Position numbers and translations under genes: made by a program. Shown here piece by piece: positions 28,461-39,197 of a stretch of DNA of 64,000 nt (position 1 is the stretch's first letter; the number at the start of each line of letters is the position of its first letter). The notes beneath the pieces are model-generated. The model ran no database searches, had not been told where the DNA came from, and saw nothing but the letters and a program-made list of their open reading frames with translations. Origin of the DNA: an archaeon (GTDB lineage: Archaea > Nanobdellota > Nanobdellia > Woesearchaeales > GW2011-AR9); the NCBI GenBank assembly GCA_023259115.1, contig JAHFQW010000001.1:81937-145936 (forward strand). Reading direction: 5' to 3'.

Positions 28461-28742
28461 CTGGAATGTTCGATTTCTAGGGTAATTTACTATATGATAT
28501 TTGCTGTAAATAGGATTTGCTACAAGTAACGCAGTTTACTATAATATTGTTTAAATGTTTTGCGGTTTTCGGGAAGTTTCTTATTGATTACTATCAAGTG
28601 ATTATTTTTAAGAAAGATTTATAAATGCAGCTTATTTTTGAGGGGATATGGTTTCCGCTCAGTTAATGATAGTACAGTTGTATGTGGTGGTAGAAGAATA
28701 TTTAGGACTGGAAAATGAGAATGTTATTGTTACGAGGATATT

Positions 28743-30032
28743 ATGAGTCCAGTTCAAAATTTGAATAATAGAGTATTACTTTTTCCAGATAAAGGTTCGC
28801 TGTTAGTTTGTTCTGATGTACATGGAAATAAAGAAGATTATTTACATATGGTTGGAATTTTTTTAGATCAATTTAGACAAGATAAAGAAACATATCTTTT
28901 ATTTTTAGGTGATTTAGTTCATGGGCCTCAGGTTGCGCAAAGAGAACGATTTACGTATGTTGATGAGTCTGAATTTATTATGGATCATTTTATGGATATG
29001 GTTCAGACATATTCAGGGAATGTATTTACGCTGTTAGGAAATCATGAACATGGTCATGTGGGAGGAGTACATACGGGAAAATTTTGTACAGATGAAGTAC
29101 TTGAATTAGAGAATAAAGTTGGAGTGTCTAAAGCGAGTACCTATAGGGAGTTTATGGGTTCGTTTCCTTTGATTGCTTTAACACAAACAGGAGTAGCTTT
29201 TACACATGGTGCACCATCAGCAACAATTGGTTGTTTAGATGATTTGTTGAATGTGTTATATTCAGGACATGAAAATAAAACTATTAATCAGATGTATGAT
29301 GTTCCTATATTAGATTTATTATGGAAGCGATGTGCAACTGATCAAGAGACGGATGCATTTTTTAGTTCAATACGATTAGAGGGATACGAATCAAGAGTGG
29401 TTATTTATGGCCATGATATTGTGGAGGAAGGCTTTGCAGTGGAAGGAGTGAATAGAGGAATATTATCAACGTCATTTGGTGTTCCCGATGTCAATAAATT
29501 ATATTTAAGATTAGATTTAGGTGCAAGATATGGAACTATTACTGATTTGCAGGATAAAAAGATTTTGTGTCAATTTTGGGAGTTTGAGAAGTGGTATGTG
29601 GAGGATGGGCGTTATCAATTTGCAGAGAAGGCAATAGCGCAAAAGAAATATGATGCAGCGTTATTTTCTTTAGAACATGGTGAAGAGGATTATCAGAGAT
29701 ATTTTTTGTTAGGGAAAACTTGTTTATTAAAGTCAAGTGAAATGCAAGGAAATTTTTTAGATAGAGCACTTACTTATTTTGAACGATCTTTAGATCTTCT
29801 GTCTTCATTTGCGCCAACACATTATATGATGGCACAATGTTATGAGCTTAAAGGTTTACACGTAAAACAGAAAGGGGAAAAAGGGAATGTTCAGAAAAAG
29901 ATTGGATCTGTGGGGGAGATATTTCTTAAAGCATTACAACATTACCGAAGTGCGGAAACAGATGGTTTAGTCTACAATACTCTTGTTGATAGACAGAGAG
30001 TTCAAAAAGAGATGAGGTCTAGGCTATTATGA
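28743..30032 (+). CDS. Calcineurin-like metallophosphoesterase with C-terminal helical (TPR-like) region
   Basis: LLVCSDVHGN...LLFLGDLVHGP...GNHE are metallophosphoesterase motifs I-III. Confidence 0.55.
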   Translation: MSPVQNLNNRVLLFPDKGSLLVCSDVHGNKEDYLHMVGIFLDQFRQDKETYLLFLGDLVHGPQVAQRERFTYVDESEFIMDHFMDMVQTYSGNVFTLLGNHEHGHVGGVHTGKFCTDEVLELENKVGVSKASTYREFMGSFPLIALTQTGVAFTHGAPSATIGCLDDLLNVLYSGHENKTINQMYDVPILDLLWKRCATDQETDAFFSSIRLEGYESRVVIYGHDIVEEGFAVEGVNRGILSTSFGVPDVNKLYLRLDLGARYGTITDLQDKKILCQFWEFEKWYVEDGRYQFAEKAIAQKKYDAALFSLEHGEEDYQRYFLLGKTCLLKSSEMQGNFLDRALTYFERSLDLLSSFAPTHYMMAQCYELKGLHVKQKGEKGNVQKKIGSVGEIFLKALQHYRSAETDGLVYNTLVDRQRVQKEMRSRLL

Positions 30033-30994
30033 TTCTGAATAAAGAAATACGTTTCGATAAAATTAAAGGATGTTTGGTTGGTGCGGCGGTCGGAGATGCA
30101 TTAGGGATGCCTACAGAATATTTATCAAAAACTGAACTTAATCAATTTTATAATGGCAGAATTACCGACTATCAAGCACCGTTATCTACACATCCTTGCG
30201 GGCATCTTAAAGCGGGTCAATATACGGATGATACACAACAGCTTTTACTTTTAGCTGATTCATTAGTTGAAAAAAATGGGTTTGACATTAATGATTTTGG
30301 TCAAAGAGTGGGCAATTGGGGTTGGAAATGTAGAAGTGTGCCGGGATATAATCGTTTTGCTGGTGGTACCAGTATGTCTGCGGCTTTAGAACTTTATGCG
30401 GGGGGTAATCCTCTCTTTACTGGTAAAAATCGTGCTACTTGTGGTTCAGCTATGAGAGTAGCTCCTCTAGGACTATTCTATTCTGATGAGAAACCAGAGG
30501 TGTTAAAGGATATTGCTTCTGTAGTTTCACGTGTAACACATACACATCCTGCAGCGGTGGATAGTAGTGTGTTTATTTCATTACTGGTGGCTAATTTATA
30601 TAATGGTTTTGATGTTGAGAGTGCGGTTTCTCGTTCACTTTCTTATTTGGATTCTGATTTAAAAGATAAATTGGACTATGTTGTACGTAATCAATCTAAA
30701 AATCCGACAGATATGGGAGAAGTGGTGGGGTGTTCTGAGAGTTGTTATGAAACGGTTCCGATGGCGCTATATTGTTTTTTGCATAGTTCAACTGATTTTG
30801 AAAAAACAGTGGTGGAAGCGGCTAATTTAGTTCCAGGAGATACTGATTCTATTGCATGTATTGCGGGAGCTCTATCAGGGGTATATAATGGATATCACAA
30901 AATACCTCTCAAATTTATTAATACTTTAGAAAATATTGATTATTTTAATGTTTTATCTTTGAAATTTGTTGATAGAAAAAGGAAAACTCTTTAA
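30029..30994 (+). CDS. ADP-ribosylglycohydrolase family protein (DraG-like)
   Basis: GCLVGAAVGDALGMPTE at the N-terminus. Internal YTDDTQ. C-terminal D-x-D-S motifs (PGDTDSIACIAGAL) typical of the family. Confidence 0.65.
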   Translation: MILNKEIRFDKIKGCLVGAAVGDALGMPTEYLSKTELNQFYNGRITDYQAPLSTHPCGHLKAGQYTDDTQQLLLLADSLVEKNGFDINDFGQRVGNWGWKCRSVPGYNRFAGGTSMSAALELYAGGNPLFTGKNRATCGSAMRVAPLGLFYSDEKPEVLKDIASVVSRVTHTHPAAVDSSVFISLLVANLYNGFDVESAVSRSLSYLDSDLKDKLDYVVRNQSKNPTDMGEVVGCSESCYETVPMALYCFLHSSTDFEKTVVEAANLVPGDTDSIACIAGALSGVYNGYHKIPLKFINTLENIDYFNVLSLKFVDRKRKTL

Positions 30995-31016
30995 AGGATA
31001 GGGTTATGGTTCTCTT

Positions 31017-31373
31017 ATGAAAATTATTACTATTAATATTAATCAGCTGGCGTTACAAGATCCTTTAAAAATTTGTTTGGGTTCAGATACATTTTATAAA
31101 AAATGTTCTCGATATCTAGGTAAACTAACAAAAGAAATAGCGTTATTTTATGAAAGCCAAGGATTTGAACAGGTTTCAGTGGATAGTTCTACTATGGATG
31201 CTACTTTTTTATTTCATAAAGAAAAACATTGGTGGAAGATTACTAATTTTTTACCTGTTGAAATGGAAAAAAGTTCCAAAGCTTTCTTAACTTTGGAATT
31301 TTCAGAGAGTGCATTATTGTATGTTCAGGCGTTGCTTACACAGTTGAAAATTCCTAGAGTAGCTATTTCTTAA
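31017..31373 (+). CDS. Hypothetical protein
   Basis: ORF only. Confidence 0.3.
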   Translation: MKIITININQLALQDPLKICLGSDTFYKKCSRYLGKLTKEIALFYESQGFEQVSVDSSTMDATFLFHKEKHWWKITNFLPVEMEKSSKAFLTLEFSESALLYVQALLTQLKIPRVAIS

Positions 31374-31776
31374 AAATAAATAAAATCTTAATTTTATTTT
31401 ACTCTTCTTTTTTGTCTTCTTCTGGGAAAAAAGAGTCAAGCTTTTTACACTTCTGCTGTGCGTTATAAGAAATTTTTGTCATGAAAATCTATCACCTCTT
31501 TTTTCTAACATCTACCAAATGTTAGAAAGAAATGTTGATATATAAAGACTGTTGATTTGTAAACTATAGTCTTGATTGCGATACCACTTGGAAAATGAAA
31601 AAGGGATTTGTTACTTGATAATGTGTGGTGAGTAAGGGAAATAATTAGATGTTTTGTGTTTGATGTGTTTGGGAAAAGATATTGATTAAAACATTTGAGC
31701 AGAGGGGTCTTGTTTGGGATATATAATTGTTGAGAAGTTTGGTTAATTCATATTTTTAGTTAAATTCCTCTATTGT

Positions 31777-32304
31777 TTAGTTTGCTGAAGGTTGCTTTTT
31801 ATCTAGCAATTCAATGGTTTGATGCGATTCAAGAACACCCGTTTGAGCATTGATTTTGAGGTTGATAAATTGGATGGAGCGGGTGATGAATGTGACGTTG
31901 TAGAGTGTTATGTTGTTGAGGGTTTGAATGATGAGAAAGCCGTTGCCGATTTGTTCTTTGGGAAAATAGGTTTTGAGTTTTTCTGCAATGAGGGGGAAGA
32001 GGACGTCAAGCGTGAGATTAAATGTGTTGATGGCAAGGGTTTCTACCGTGGATGTTTCTTGTTTAAAAACGTCATCGGCGGGTTTGATTTCAAAGTCGTT
32101 ATTCTCTAAGGGAACAAAGACGGTAATTTTCTGACTAGTTGGATCAAAATATCCTAGTTCCCAATCACTGAGTGGCGCAATCTGCTCATTTATTGGTAGG
32201 AAGAGATGTGATAGATATGCTTGAGGATGCTGAAAGAACCATTTTTGAAAGAGTTCGTTTTGCTCAAGAAGAGTGATTATTTGCTGAGGTGATTGAAGTG
32301 TCAT
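31777..32304 (-). CDS. Hypothetical protein
   Basis: ORF only. Confidence 0.3.
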   Translation of the reverse strand: MTLQSPQQIITLLEQNELFQKWFFQHPQAYLSHLFLPINEQIAPLSDWELGYFDPTSQKITVFVPLENNDFEIKPADDVFKQETSTVETLAINTFNLTLDVLFPLIAEKLKTYFPKEQIGNGFLIIQTLNNITLYNVTFITRSIQFINLKINAQTGVLESHQTIELLDKKQPSAN

Positions 32305-32363
32305 GAGGTTTATGCTTTTTAGTTATTACAGATTAATTACAGATTATTAATCATTATGCCTGA

Positions 32364-32690
32364 TTATGCGTATTCTCTCCAGGTGTGGTTGCATTTGGTG
32401 CATTTAAAGAAGCGTGTTTCGGGTTCATCAGCACCGCGAGTTTGCTGTGTCCAATAATAAGCAATAGTATTGTTGCATTTGTCGCAGGTGATTTTTATTT
32501 TAGGATTGATTTCGATGTTTTCGACTACTTCAATTTTTTTTGCGACTTTGGTGGTTTCTTTTAATTCGGCAGAGGTTTCTTGTTCGCCAGGGGTTTTAGT
32601 GAAACCACAGTTACAGAAGAGAATTTTTTTACCCGCTTTTTCTTTTGGACGTAAAATGGAACCGCATTTTGGACAAAACATTATTTTCAC
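32364..32690 (-). CDS. tfs: Transcription factor S / RNA polymerase subunit M (TFIIS-type zinc ribbon)
   Basis: N-terminal CPKCGS...CNCG zinc ribbon. C-terminal TFIIS-type ribbon CDKCN...QTRGADEPETRFFKCTKCNHTWRE (the RSADE-like acidic loop). Confidence 0.8.
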   Translation of the reverse strand: MKIMFCPKCGSILRPKEKAGKKILFCNCGFTKTPGEQETSAELKETTKVAKKIEVVENIEINPKIKITCDKCNNTIAYYWTQQTRGADEPETRFFKCTKCNHTWREYA

Positions 32691-32795
32691 CTGATTTGTG
32701 TGTATTTTAGTTTCTTGATTGATTTTGGTTCCTGTTTATATACTTTACTTATTTAGGGTATATGTTTTTGGTTGATATATGTGGTCTTAGGGGGT

Positions 32796-34157
32796 TTAGA
32801 GTTTATATCCTAGAGTTTTTACTGCGTTCATAAAAGGGATTTTTGTGTTTTCATCAATTAATCCTTCATCTTGGAACCATCTTAATGACTCGCGTCCGTT
32901 TCCCTGATGTCCAAGGCATAAGAAAAATATTTCTTTTGTTTTCTCATCGCGTGAAGAAATGGAGCTCTGGTAACTTTGTTTAATGTTAATTCTCTTAGTG
33001 AGGGTGTTTATACCAATGAGATCTTGCAGAGCGAGACTACGGAATCCATACACTTCTTTTTCAAATTCACAGAAGAGGGGTGTGTAATATAAAATGGCTT
33101 GGCTCATCTGTTTTTGTTCTCTAGGAGAACAGTTATTTGCTTCAAATTCAAATAGTGAGTTTAGTATTTCTATAAAATTATCTAGAGGCATACTTCTTTT
33201 TTGTTCTAGGGTCATGTGATAGGCAATTTTATGTATTGCTCTTTGGTATTCTCCTCCTAGGTTCCAACTCCCTCTATTAAATTTTGCATCAAATAAACGG
33301 AGACCATATTGTTGTTCGGTGGGTGATGTTGTAAATTCATCTTTTTCTAATATGGTTCCTACGGTGGGTGCAACAAGATCATTGACAATTCTCTCGGAAA
33401 AATCTACGATGTTATGCCCCATAGATCTTGTGTGTTGATACATAATTCGGGCATATTCGAATAGTGCGGGGTTAGAGAGTATTATTTCAGCAAAAGGTAA
33501 TTTTTCTAATGCTTGGGCAAAATCTTGATAGATCTCTTTACCATCCAGTTGTTTTCTGAGGATCCATTCTGCATATTCTAATGCCTCTTTTTTTGAAGCT
33601 GATTTAATGGTGTAATGGTTTTGTGAGAGAAGGGTAGAATTTGGACGTGAAGTGAGTAATATACGATTTTGGTTTAGTGTTTTTTGAATGAAATCTAGGG
33701 TTTGTTGCCGAGATTTTACATCAAATATTTCATCTAGTCCATCGAGAATGATGAGGGGGTCTTTTTGTTCTACGAGTTGTTGATATTTTTGAGGTTGTTC
33801 ATCAAGAATAGACAAAGTGACTTTAGAGAGATGGTCATATAATTCTGGAAGAGATTGAATAGAGGCGAAGTGTTCATCAAGACGGATGAAGAGAGGTGTT
33901 ACTTTGTGTTGAAAGGGAGAATATCCTTCCTGTGCTTGGTACGCAAGATGTTTTGCGACAACGCTTTTGCCTGAGCCACCATCACCAACTAAAATGTTAA
34001 TGCCGGTTTCAATTAATTTTTCTTCATTTACTTCATTTTTTGCTGTATCTTGGAGTATTGGCTTAAGAAAAGGCATGCATTTGCCAAGATAGAGGGGATG
34101 AGGAACACTTTTGTATTGTTGTGCTAATAAACTTAATTTTAGTTCGAGTTGTTGCAT
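32796..34157 (-). CDS. NACHT-type STAND P-loop NTPase
   Basis: Walker A GDGGSGKS. Walker B hhhhDGLDE (LIILDGLDE). Downstream LLTSRP sensor-like motif. ~250 aa C-terminal helical region. No recognisable N-terminal effector domain. Confidence 0.55.
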   Translation of the reverse strand: MQQLELKLSLLAQQYKSVPHPLYLGKCMPFLKPILQDTAKNEVNEEKLIETGINILVGDGGSGKSVVAKHLAYQAQEGYSPFQHKVTPLFIRLDEHFASIQSLPELYDHLSKVTLSILDEQPQKYQQLVEQKDPLIILDGLDEIFDVKSRQQTLDFIQKTLNQNRILLTSRPNSTLLSQNHYTIKSASKKEALEYAEWILRKQLDGKEIYQDFAQALEKLPFAEIILSNPALFEYARIMYQHTRSMGHNIVDFSERIVNDLVAPTVGTILEKDEFTTSPTEQQYGLRLFDAKFNRGSWNLGGEYQRAIHKIAYHMTLEQKRSMPLDNFIEILNSLFEFEANNCSPREQKQMSQAILYYTPLFCEFEKEVYGFRSLALQDLIGINTLTKRINIKQSYQSSISSRDEKTKEIFFLCLGHQGNGRESLRWFQDEGLIDENTKIPFMNAVKTLGYKL

Positions 34158-34307
34158 GGTTATTGTTTTTTGAATAGGATATATAAATCTTTCCTATTTA
34201 GTACTTTTAAGTGATACTCTAATTTATTATTAGTATTATTATAATTATTATCATTATAATTATTATCAAGAATATGACTTAAAGATGAATGTTTTAAATT
34301 TATGAAG

Positions 34308-34964
34308 TTATCGTTCTATTACAATTCCAAAGGGAGCTAAGAGTTGGACAAAGAGAATTTTGACCCAGCCGAGATATGGAATGCGCAGAGTGGCTTTGCC
34401 ATAAATACGGTCGATGGTGATATCGGTTTCAGGATAATTTCCGGTGATGCTATTGCTATTATGGTCGCCTTTGGTTTGGTAATGTTTTTGGCCGTCTTGT
34501 TCCCAGATTTTGATGACGCGATGAATGATGGGTTGTGGACGATCGCCTCTGAAGATGAGGATATCGCCTAGATGGATGTTATTTGTATTGGCGCGCCAGA
34601 TGAGGATGACGTCACCTTTGCGAAAGCCTTGGTTTAAGGTGAAGGTTTGAAATTGTTCTTTGGTGATGCTATGTTGTTCGTACCAGGCGCCACAGGTTTT
34701 CCAATAGTTGTCATAGGATTCTTTGAAGTCGCTGAATTGCTGACCGCAGAGGATGTTGTCGTGCAGGCCATGTTCCATACTCTCGCTTACAACTGCGACA
34801 ATGGGAAAACCTGTGCCAAAAATAATGGCTAAGATGGGATAGACAATGAAACGGATGAGAACAAATGCGACAGCAAGATTTGCAAGCCAGCTCCAAATCG
34901 AGTCGTCATGCCAGAGAAAGTGCCATGTGGCTTTGACATAGTGTTTCCATTTGTTCTGGGTCAT
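34308..34964 (-). CDS. Signal peptidase I (S26 family, archaeal Sec11-like)
   Basis: N-terminal TM helix followed by AVVSESMEHG (S-x-SM-x-P-type catalytic Ser box) and GDILIF. Typical size. Confidence 0.6.
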   Translation of the reverse strand: MTQNKWKHYVKATWHFLWHDDSIWSWLANLAVAFVLIRFIVYPILAIIFGTGFPIVAVVSESMEHGLHDNILCGQQFSDFKESYDNYWKTCGAWYEQHSITKEQFQTFTLNQGFRKGDVILIWRANTNNIHLGDILIFRGDRPQPIIHRVIKIWEQDGQKHYQTKGDHNSNSITGNYPETDITIDRIYGKATLRIPYLGWVKILFVQLLAPFGIVIER

Positions 34965-34969
34965 AGGAT

Positions 34970-35899
34970 GTGGGGATTGTTTGGGCGTTTAAAAAGGTTT
35001 TTATATATTATAGGAATTGTTATGAAGATATGGGATTAACGGATGAACAAGTGCGTATGTTGGTTGCGGATATCTGTCGTAAGAAAGAGCTGCAAGGTTT
35101 GTCTTTGGGGTATGTTGAGAGAGTGCTGCGTGATTTTTTACGTCAAAATTCACAAGTTGAGGAAAGACTTGCGGCCAAATTTCATGTGAAATCGGCGGTG
35201 TATGAGAAAGTGTTGAAGGGAGTAAGAGCAGGTTTGCGACGAAAAGTGGGGTTATTTGGGCATGAGAGCAATTTAGATGATGCACGAGAGCTGATGCATA
35301 CATATTTTAATGTTAGTTTGTCTGAAAAGAAAAAAGTGTTAGGTGAGTTGTTGTTGGCACATTCTTCTACTCGAGAGAGAGTGGGATTTGCCAGAGAGTT
35401 GTATCAGAAGATTTTTATTTCTTGTCCGGAGAAGATTTTGGATTTGGGATGTGGGCTGCATCCGTTGTCTGTGCCGTTGATGGGGCTTAGGAAGTCTGGG
35501 GTGCAATATTTTGCGTATGATATTCATGCTGATGAGATGGAAGTTGTAAATGAATTCTTTGGGTTGTGGATGAGGGAGCATAAGACATTTAGGGCAAAGG
35601 CAGGGGTTTTGGATCTATTGGATGTGGGTGAGGTTGAGAAGTTGCCAGAAGCAGATATAGCTTTGTTGTTTAAAGTGGTTGATGTACTTGATGCAAATAG
35701 AGGACATACGCGCAGCGAGGCGTTGTTGAGAGCGGTGCCATCTTCTAGGATGGTTGTGAGTTTTGCGACCAAGACGATGAGTGGGAGGAAGATGACGGCT
35801 CCTCGAAGACGTTGGATGGAGTGGATGTGTTCACGTTTGGGGTGGAAGTTTATGATATTTGAGTTTGAGAATGAGATTTTTTATGTGATTGAGAAATAA
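34970..35899 (+). CDS. Class I SAM-dependent methyltransferase (probable start at the internal Met ~35030)
   Basis: ILDLGCGLHP (motif I). Downstream acidic motif II-like FAYDIHAD. Target unknown. Confidence 0.45.
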   Translation: MGIVWAFKKVFIYYRNCYEDMGLTDEQVRMLVADICRKKELQGLSLGYVERVLRDFLRQNSQVEERLAAKFHVKSAVYEKVLKGVRAGLRRKVGLFGHESNLDDARELMHTYFNVSLSEKKKVLGELLLAHSSTRERVGFARELYQKIFISCPEKILDLGCGLHPLSVPLMGLRKSGVQYFAYDIHADEMEVVNEFFGLWMREHKTFRAKAGVLDLLDVGEVEKLPEADIALLFKVVDVLDANRGHTRSEALLRAVPSSRMVVSFATKTMSGRKMTAPRRRWMEWMCSRLGWKFMIFEFENEIFYVIEK

Positions 35900-35947
35900 C
35901 TATTATTTAATAGTAATGTTTATAACTGTCGTGATTTTTTCAATGTT

Positions 35948-36628
35948 ATGGATGTAGATCTGGCAAATATGGTTCAAAGAGAATTAGGAACGCGTTGTAG
36001 TTTTGCAGAGCAGAGTGTATTACGTAATCACTTTTTTTTCCAAGATGAGATGTTGGCAGAGGATGTGGCGTTGCCGATGTGTTCTTTTTATTTTTATGGT
36101 TTAATTGGTAGAGGAATTTATGGGATTCTTCAAGAAGTTGTAACAAAAGAACCTGTTTTTGATCTTTTTTTCTTTCATCAAGCATCTACTTTTGAGGTGT
36201 TAGATGATAGTACTAATGGGATGTATTATACTTTTATTGATGGAGGAGATGTACGTATACCCATTGAGGATCCTATGTCTGTGGATGATTTTTGTTCTAC
36301 GCTTGGAACAGATGCATATAAACCTCTAATAGATGAGCGCGCGGTATTAAATGCGAGTTGGATTCGTGTGAAACCGTTTTATTCAATAGGCAATAAAGAT
36401 AATTCTTTTGATAAAGCATTGCGAAATAGTTTGCAGCATACTTTATTTTTTTTACGAAATTATCAACCTCTAAATAGGCTGCAAATTGATTTTGATTATA
36501 CTATTCATGAACCACATTTATTTTCACGTTTTTTAGTGGGGGCGCATTTTAATTTTGCTGATCTTTGTGATGGTGGTGAACGATTTGTTGAGAAAGCAAG
36601 AGAAGTGTATTCTATGTTAAAGAAATAG
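35948..36628 (+). CDS. Hypothetical protein
   Basis: ORF only. Confidence 0.3.
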   Translation: MDVDLANMVQRELGTRCSFAEQSVLRNHFFFQDEMLAEDVALPMCSFYFYGLIGRGIYGILQEVVTKEPVFDLFFFHQASTFEVLDDSTNGMYYTFIDGGDVRIPIEDPMSVDDFCSTLGTDAYKPLIDERAVLNASWIRVKPFYSIGNKDNSFDKALRNSLQHTLFFLRNYQPLNRLQIDFDYTIHEPHLFSRFLVGAHFNFADLCDGGERFVEKAREVYSMLKK

Positions 36629-36678
36629 TTTCTGAATTATCGTATTTTTTATAAAGAGTTGTTGTTTTTCTATTCATT

Positions 36679-37776
36679 ATGGTTCATTTTGAGTATATTG
36701 AAACACAAGAGCAGCTGCAGAGGGCGGCTTTAGAGTGGTGTGAGGAGAAAGAGCTGGCTATCGACCTAGAATGTGAGAATAATTTACATCATTATGGTAC
36801 GTTTATTTCGCTGATTCAGCTTTCTTCACGAAGTAAGCATTGGGTTGTTGATGTGTTGGTGTTGAAAGAGATACAGTTGCTACTAGATGTATTTTTGAAG
36901 GATACGATATTGAAAGTGTTTCATGATATTAGTTTTGATTTTCGTATTTTGTTTATGCAGTTTAAATGTGTGCCAAGATATTTTTTTGATACGCAGGTTG
37001 CGGCTTTGTTTTTAGGTGAGGAGAAGTTAGGGTTGGGATCTTTACTTGAGAAGTATTTTCAGATCATTTGTGAAAAGAAGTTTCAGCAGATGGATTGGAC
37101 AAGACGTCCGTTGTCAAAACCCATGTTAGAGTATGCGTCAGGGGATACGGCACATTTGTTGGGATTGAAAGATGTGCTGTGTGATATTTTACGAGAGAGA
37201 GGAAGAGTGAGTTGGGTTGAGGAGGAGTGTCGATATTTAGAGGGGCAAGATTATACGCTACGTGAGCAGGAGTATAAAGATATTTCGGGGTTTCGCAGTA
37301 TGAGTGTGCAGGAGAGAGCGATTTTACATGTGCTCTTTGATGAGAGGCGCAAGTTGGGAAGAGTTGCGGATAAGCCGTTATTTATGATTTTTTCAAATAA
37401 ACAGATGCTGGCGTTTGTGAAAAATCCTCCCTATAATGTTGAGGGGTGGAAACGTTTGCATGGTGTGCATCCACTGGTGAAAGAGAATGCGGTGGAGTTG
37501 TTTAGGTTGGTGGAGGAAGCGCGTACGGGTGGTGGAGAGGAGTATGTTGTGGAACGTAAAGAGAAGTTGGCGCCACGGTTGTATGAATTGATGTTAGAGT
37601 TGGGAGAGCGCAGAAATGTGGTTGCAAAAAGTTTGGGATTACGTGGGCATTTGTTGCTCTCTGAGGAGCAGATGCGGGATATGGTTGTGGGGAAATCGTT
37701 TGGTATGCTACGAGGATGGCAGAGGGAGTTGTGGGAGAAAGAGGAGGTGGTACGTAAGGTAATGGGTGTCAAATAA
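36679..37776 (+). CDS. RNase D-like 3'-5' exonuclease (DEDDy) with HRDC-like C-terminal region
   Basis: ExoI-like LAIDLECEN. ExoIII-like YASGDTAHLL (Y-x3-D). Followed by a helical region consistent with HRDC. Confidence 0.6.
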   Translation: MVHFEYIETQEQLQRAALEWCEEKELAIDLECENNLHHYGTFISLIQLSSRSKHWVVDVLVLKEIQLLLDVFLKDTILKVFHDISFDFRILFMQFKCVPRYFFDTQVAALFLGEEKLGLGSLLEKYFQIICEKKFQQMDWTRRPLSKPMLEYASGDTAHLLGLKDVLCDILRERGRVSWVEEECRYLEGQDYTLREQEYKDISGFRSMSVQERAILHVLFDERRKLGRVADKPLFMIFSNKQMLAFVKNPPYNVEGWKRLHGVHPLVKENAVELFRLVEEARTGGGEEYVVERKEKLAPRLYELMLELGERRNVVAKSLGLRGHLLLSEEQMRDMVVGKSFGMLRGWQRELWEKEEVVRKVMGVK

Positions 37777-37814
37777 GTCGAAATGTTTATTAATGAAGTA
37801 TGTAGATTCTCTTT

Positions 37815-38144
37815 ATGGCGAGTCTTACAGTTATTTTGTCGGAAACGTTAAAGCCTCCAGAGGGAGATATTGAGAGAAGGCAATACTTTTTTACTTCACT
37901 GAGCCAATCTTTGCTGGAGCAGTTTACGGTTTTAGCCCATGGAACTGTTTTATCTGAGCAGGTGGAGAAAGAAGTTAGGATTCTGGGGTGGTTCGATCCA
38001 AAAAAAAGCCCAAATTTTAAAGCGAGAGCAGAGCCAAAACAAGTGTATGAATTACAACCTCTGCCGGAGAGATTGTTGGGAGAAATATCAAGATATATGA
38101 AAATGGCGGATAAGTATAGTTCGTTGTTTTATCGTTGGCAATGA
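37815..38144 (+). CDS. Hypothetical protein
   Basis: ORF only. Confidence 0.3.
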   Translation: MASLTVILSETLKPPEGDIERRQYFFTSLSQSLLEQFTVLAHGTVLSEQVEKEVRILGWFDPKKSPNFKARAEPKQVYELQPLPERLLGEISRYMKMADKYSSLFYRWQ

Positions 38145-38169
38145 GTGTGTTTGAATTAGTTTTTTATAG

Positions 38170-39132
38170 GTGTTCTTCTATTTGGTAGATTTAATGGATA
38201 AATTACAATTTTCAGATTCTATTCTTGATTGGTATAGTATACATAAGCGTGATTTACCATGGCGTGCTTTGGGGGTAGATCCGTATTATGTGGTGGTGTC
38301 AGAGATTATGCTGCAGCAAACACAAGTGCCAAGGGTGATTGAGAAGTATAAAGAGTTTTTGTCAAGGTTTCCGACTATTTTTGATTTGGCTAGTGCTCCT
38401 AGAGGGGAGGTGATTGATGCGTGGAGCGGTCTTGGTTATAATCGACGGGCGATTATGCTGCAGCAGTTTGCGCAGGAAGTGGTTAGGTTGTATGATGGAA
38501 AGATTCCTGCGGTTCCTGAGGCGTTGATTAAGTTGTCCGGAATTGGCCCGTATGCGGCGGGTTCAATTGCGAGTTTTGCGTTTAATCGAGCGGAGCCGGC
38601 GATTGATGTGAATGTACGTCGGATTTATATGCGTTATTTTCATGGGCGGGATCAAGGTTTACCTATGTCAAAAGAGGAGGAGAAAAAGTTATATGGGCTT
38701 GTGAAAGAGAGTATCCCCTCGGGTCGTAGTTGTGATTTACATAATGGATTGATGGACTTTGGCTCACTTGTGTGTTTGCGGGATGCGCCGAAATGTCAGG
38801 ATTGTGTTTTAAAACAGAGTTGTGCTTTTTTTCCGTTGTATACAAATGCTAAGGAAAAAGTGTTGTTTGTGGCAGAGAAGAGGGTGGAGAGGGGAATTTA
38901 TGAGAATGGACGTCATATACCTAATAGGATTTTTCGGGGCAGAATTGTGGAGTTTGTGCGCAAACACACAGGGGAGGAAATTTCGCTTCTGGAGTTAGGT
39001 ACATGTGTCAAGAAAGATTTTGTTGATAGCGAGAAAGAGTGGTTGTTTGGGTTGTGTGAGAAGCTGCGGAAAGAGGGGATGATTGAGATAGAATTGAAAA
39101 ATGAAAACGTGAGGTTGAGGTTGGGGAAGTAA
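38170..39132 (+). CDS. HhH-GPD DNA glycosylase with 4Fe-4S cluster, MutY-like (A/G-specific adenine glycosylase family)
   Basis: DWYSIHKRDLPWR N-terminal MutY/Nth block. HhH LSGIGPYAAGSIASFAF. Catalytic Asp region AIDVNVRRI. CLRDAPKCQDCVLKQSC Fe-S loop. Confidence 0.65.
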   Translation: MFFYLVDLMDKLQFSDSILDWYSIHKRDLPWRALGVDPYYVVVSEIMLQQTQVPRVIEKYKEFLSRFPTIFDLASAPRGEVIDAWSGLGYNRRAIMLQQFAQEVVRLYDGKIPAVPEALIKLSGIGPYAAGSIASFAFNRAEPAIDVNVRRIYMRYFHGRDQGLPMSKEEEKKLYGLVKESIPSGRSCDLHNGLMDFGSLVCLRDAPKCQDCVLKQSCAFFPLYTNAKEKVLFVAEKRVERGIYENGRHIPNRIFRGRIVEFVRKHTGEEISLLELGTCVKKDFVDSEKEWLFGLCEKLRKEGMIEIELKNENVRLRLGK

Positions 39133-39197
39133 CGTTTTTACTTTAAAGTAGTCCTATATCCATAATATTTTTAAATGGCGGCTATTTTTAGGGGTGT

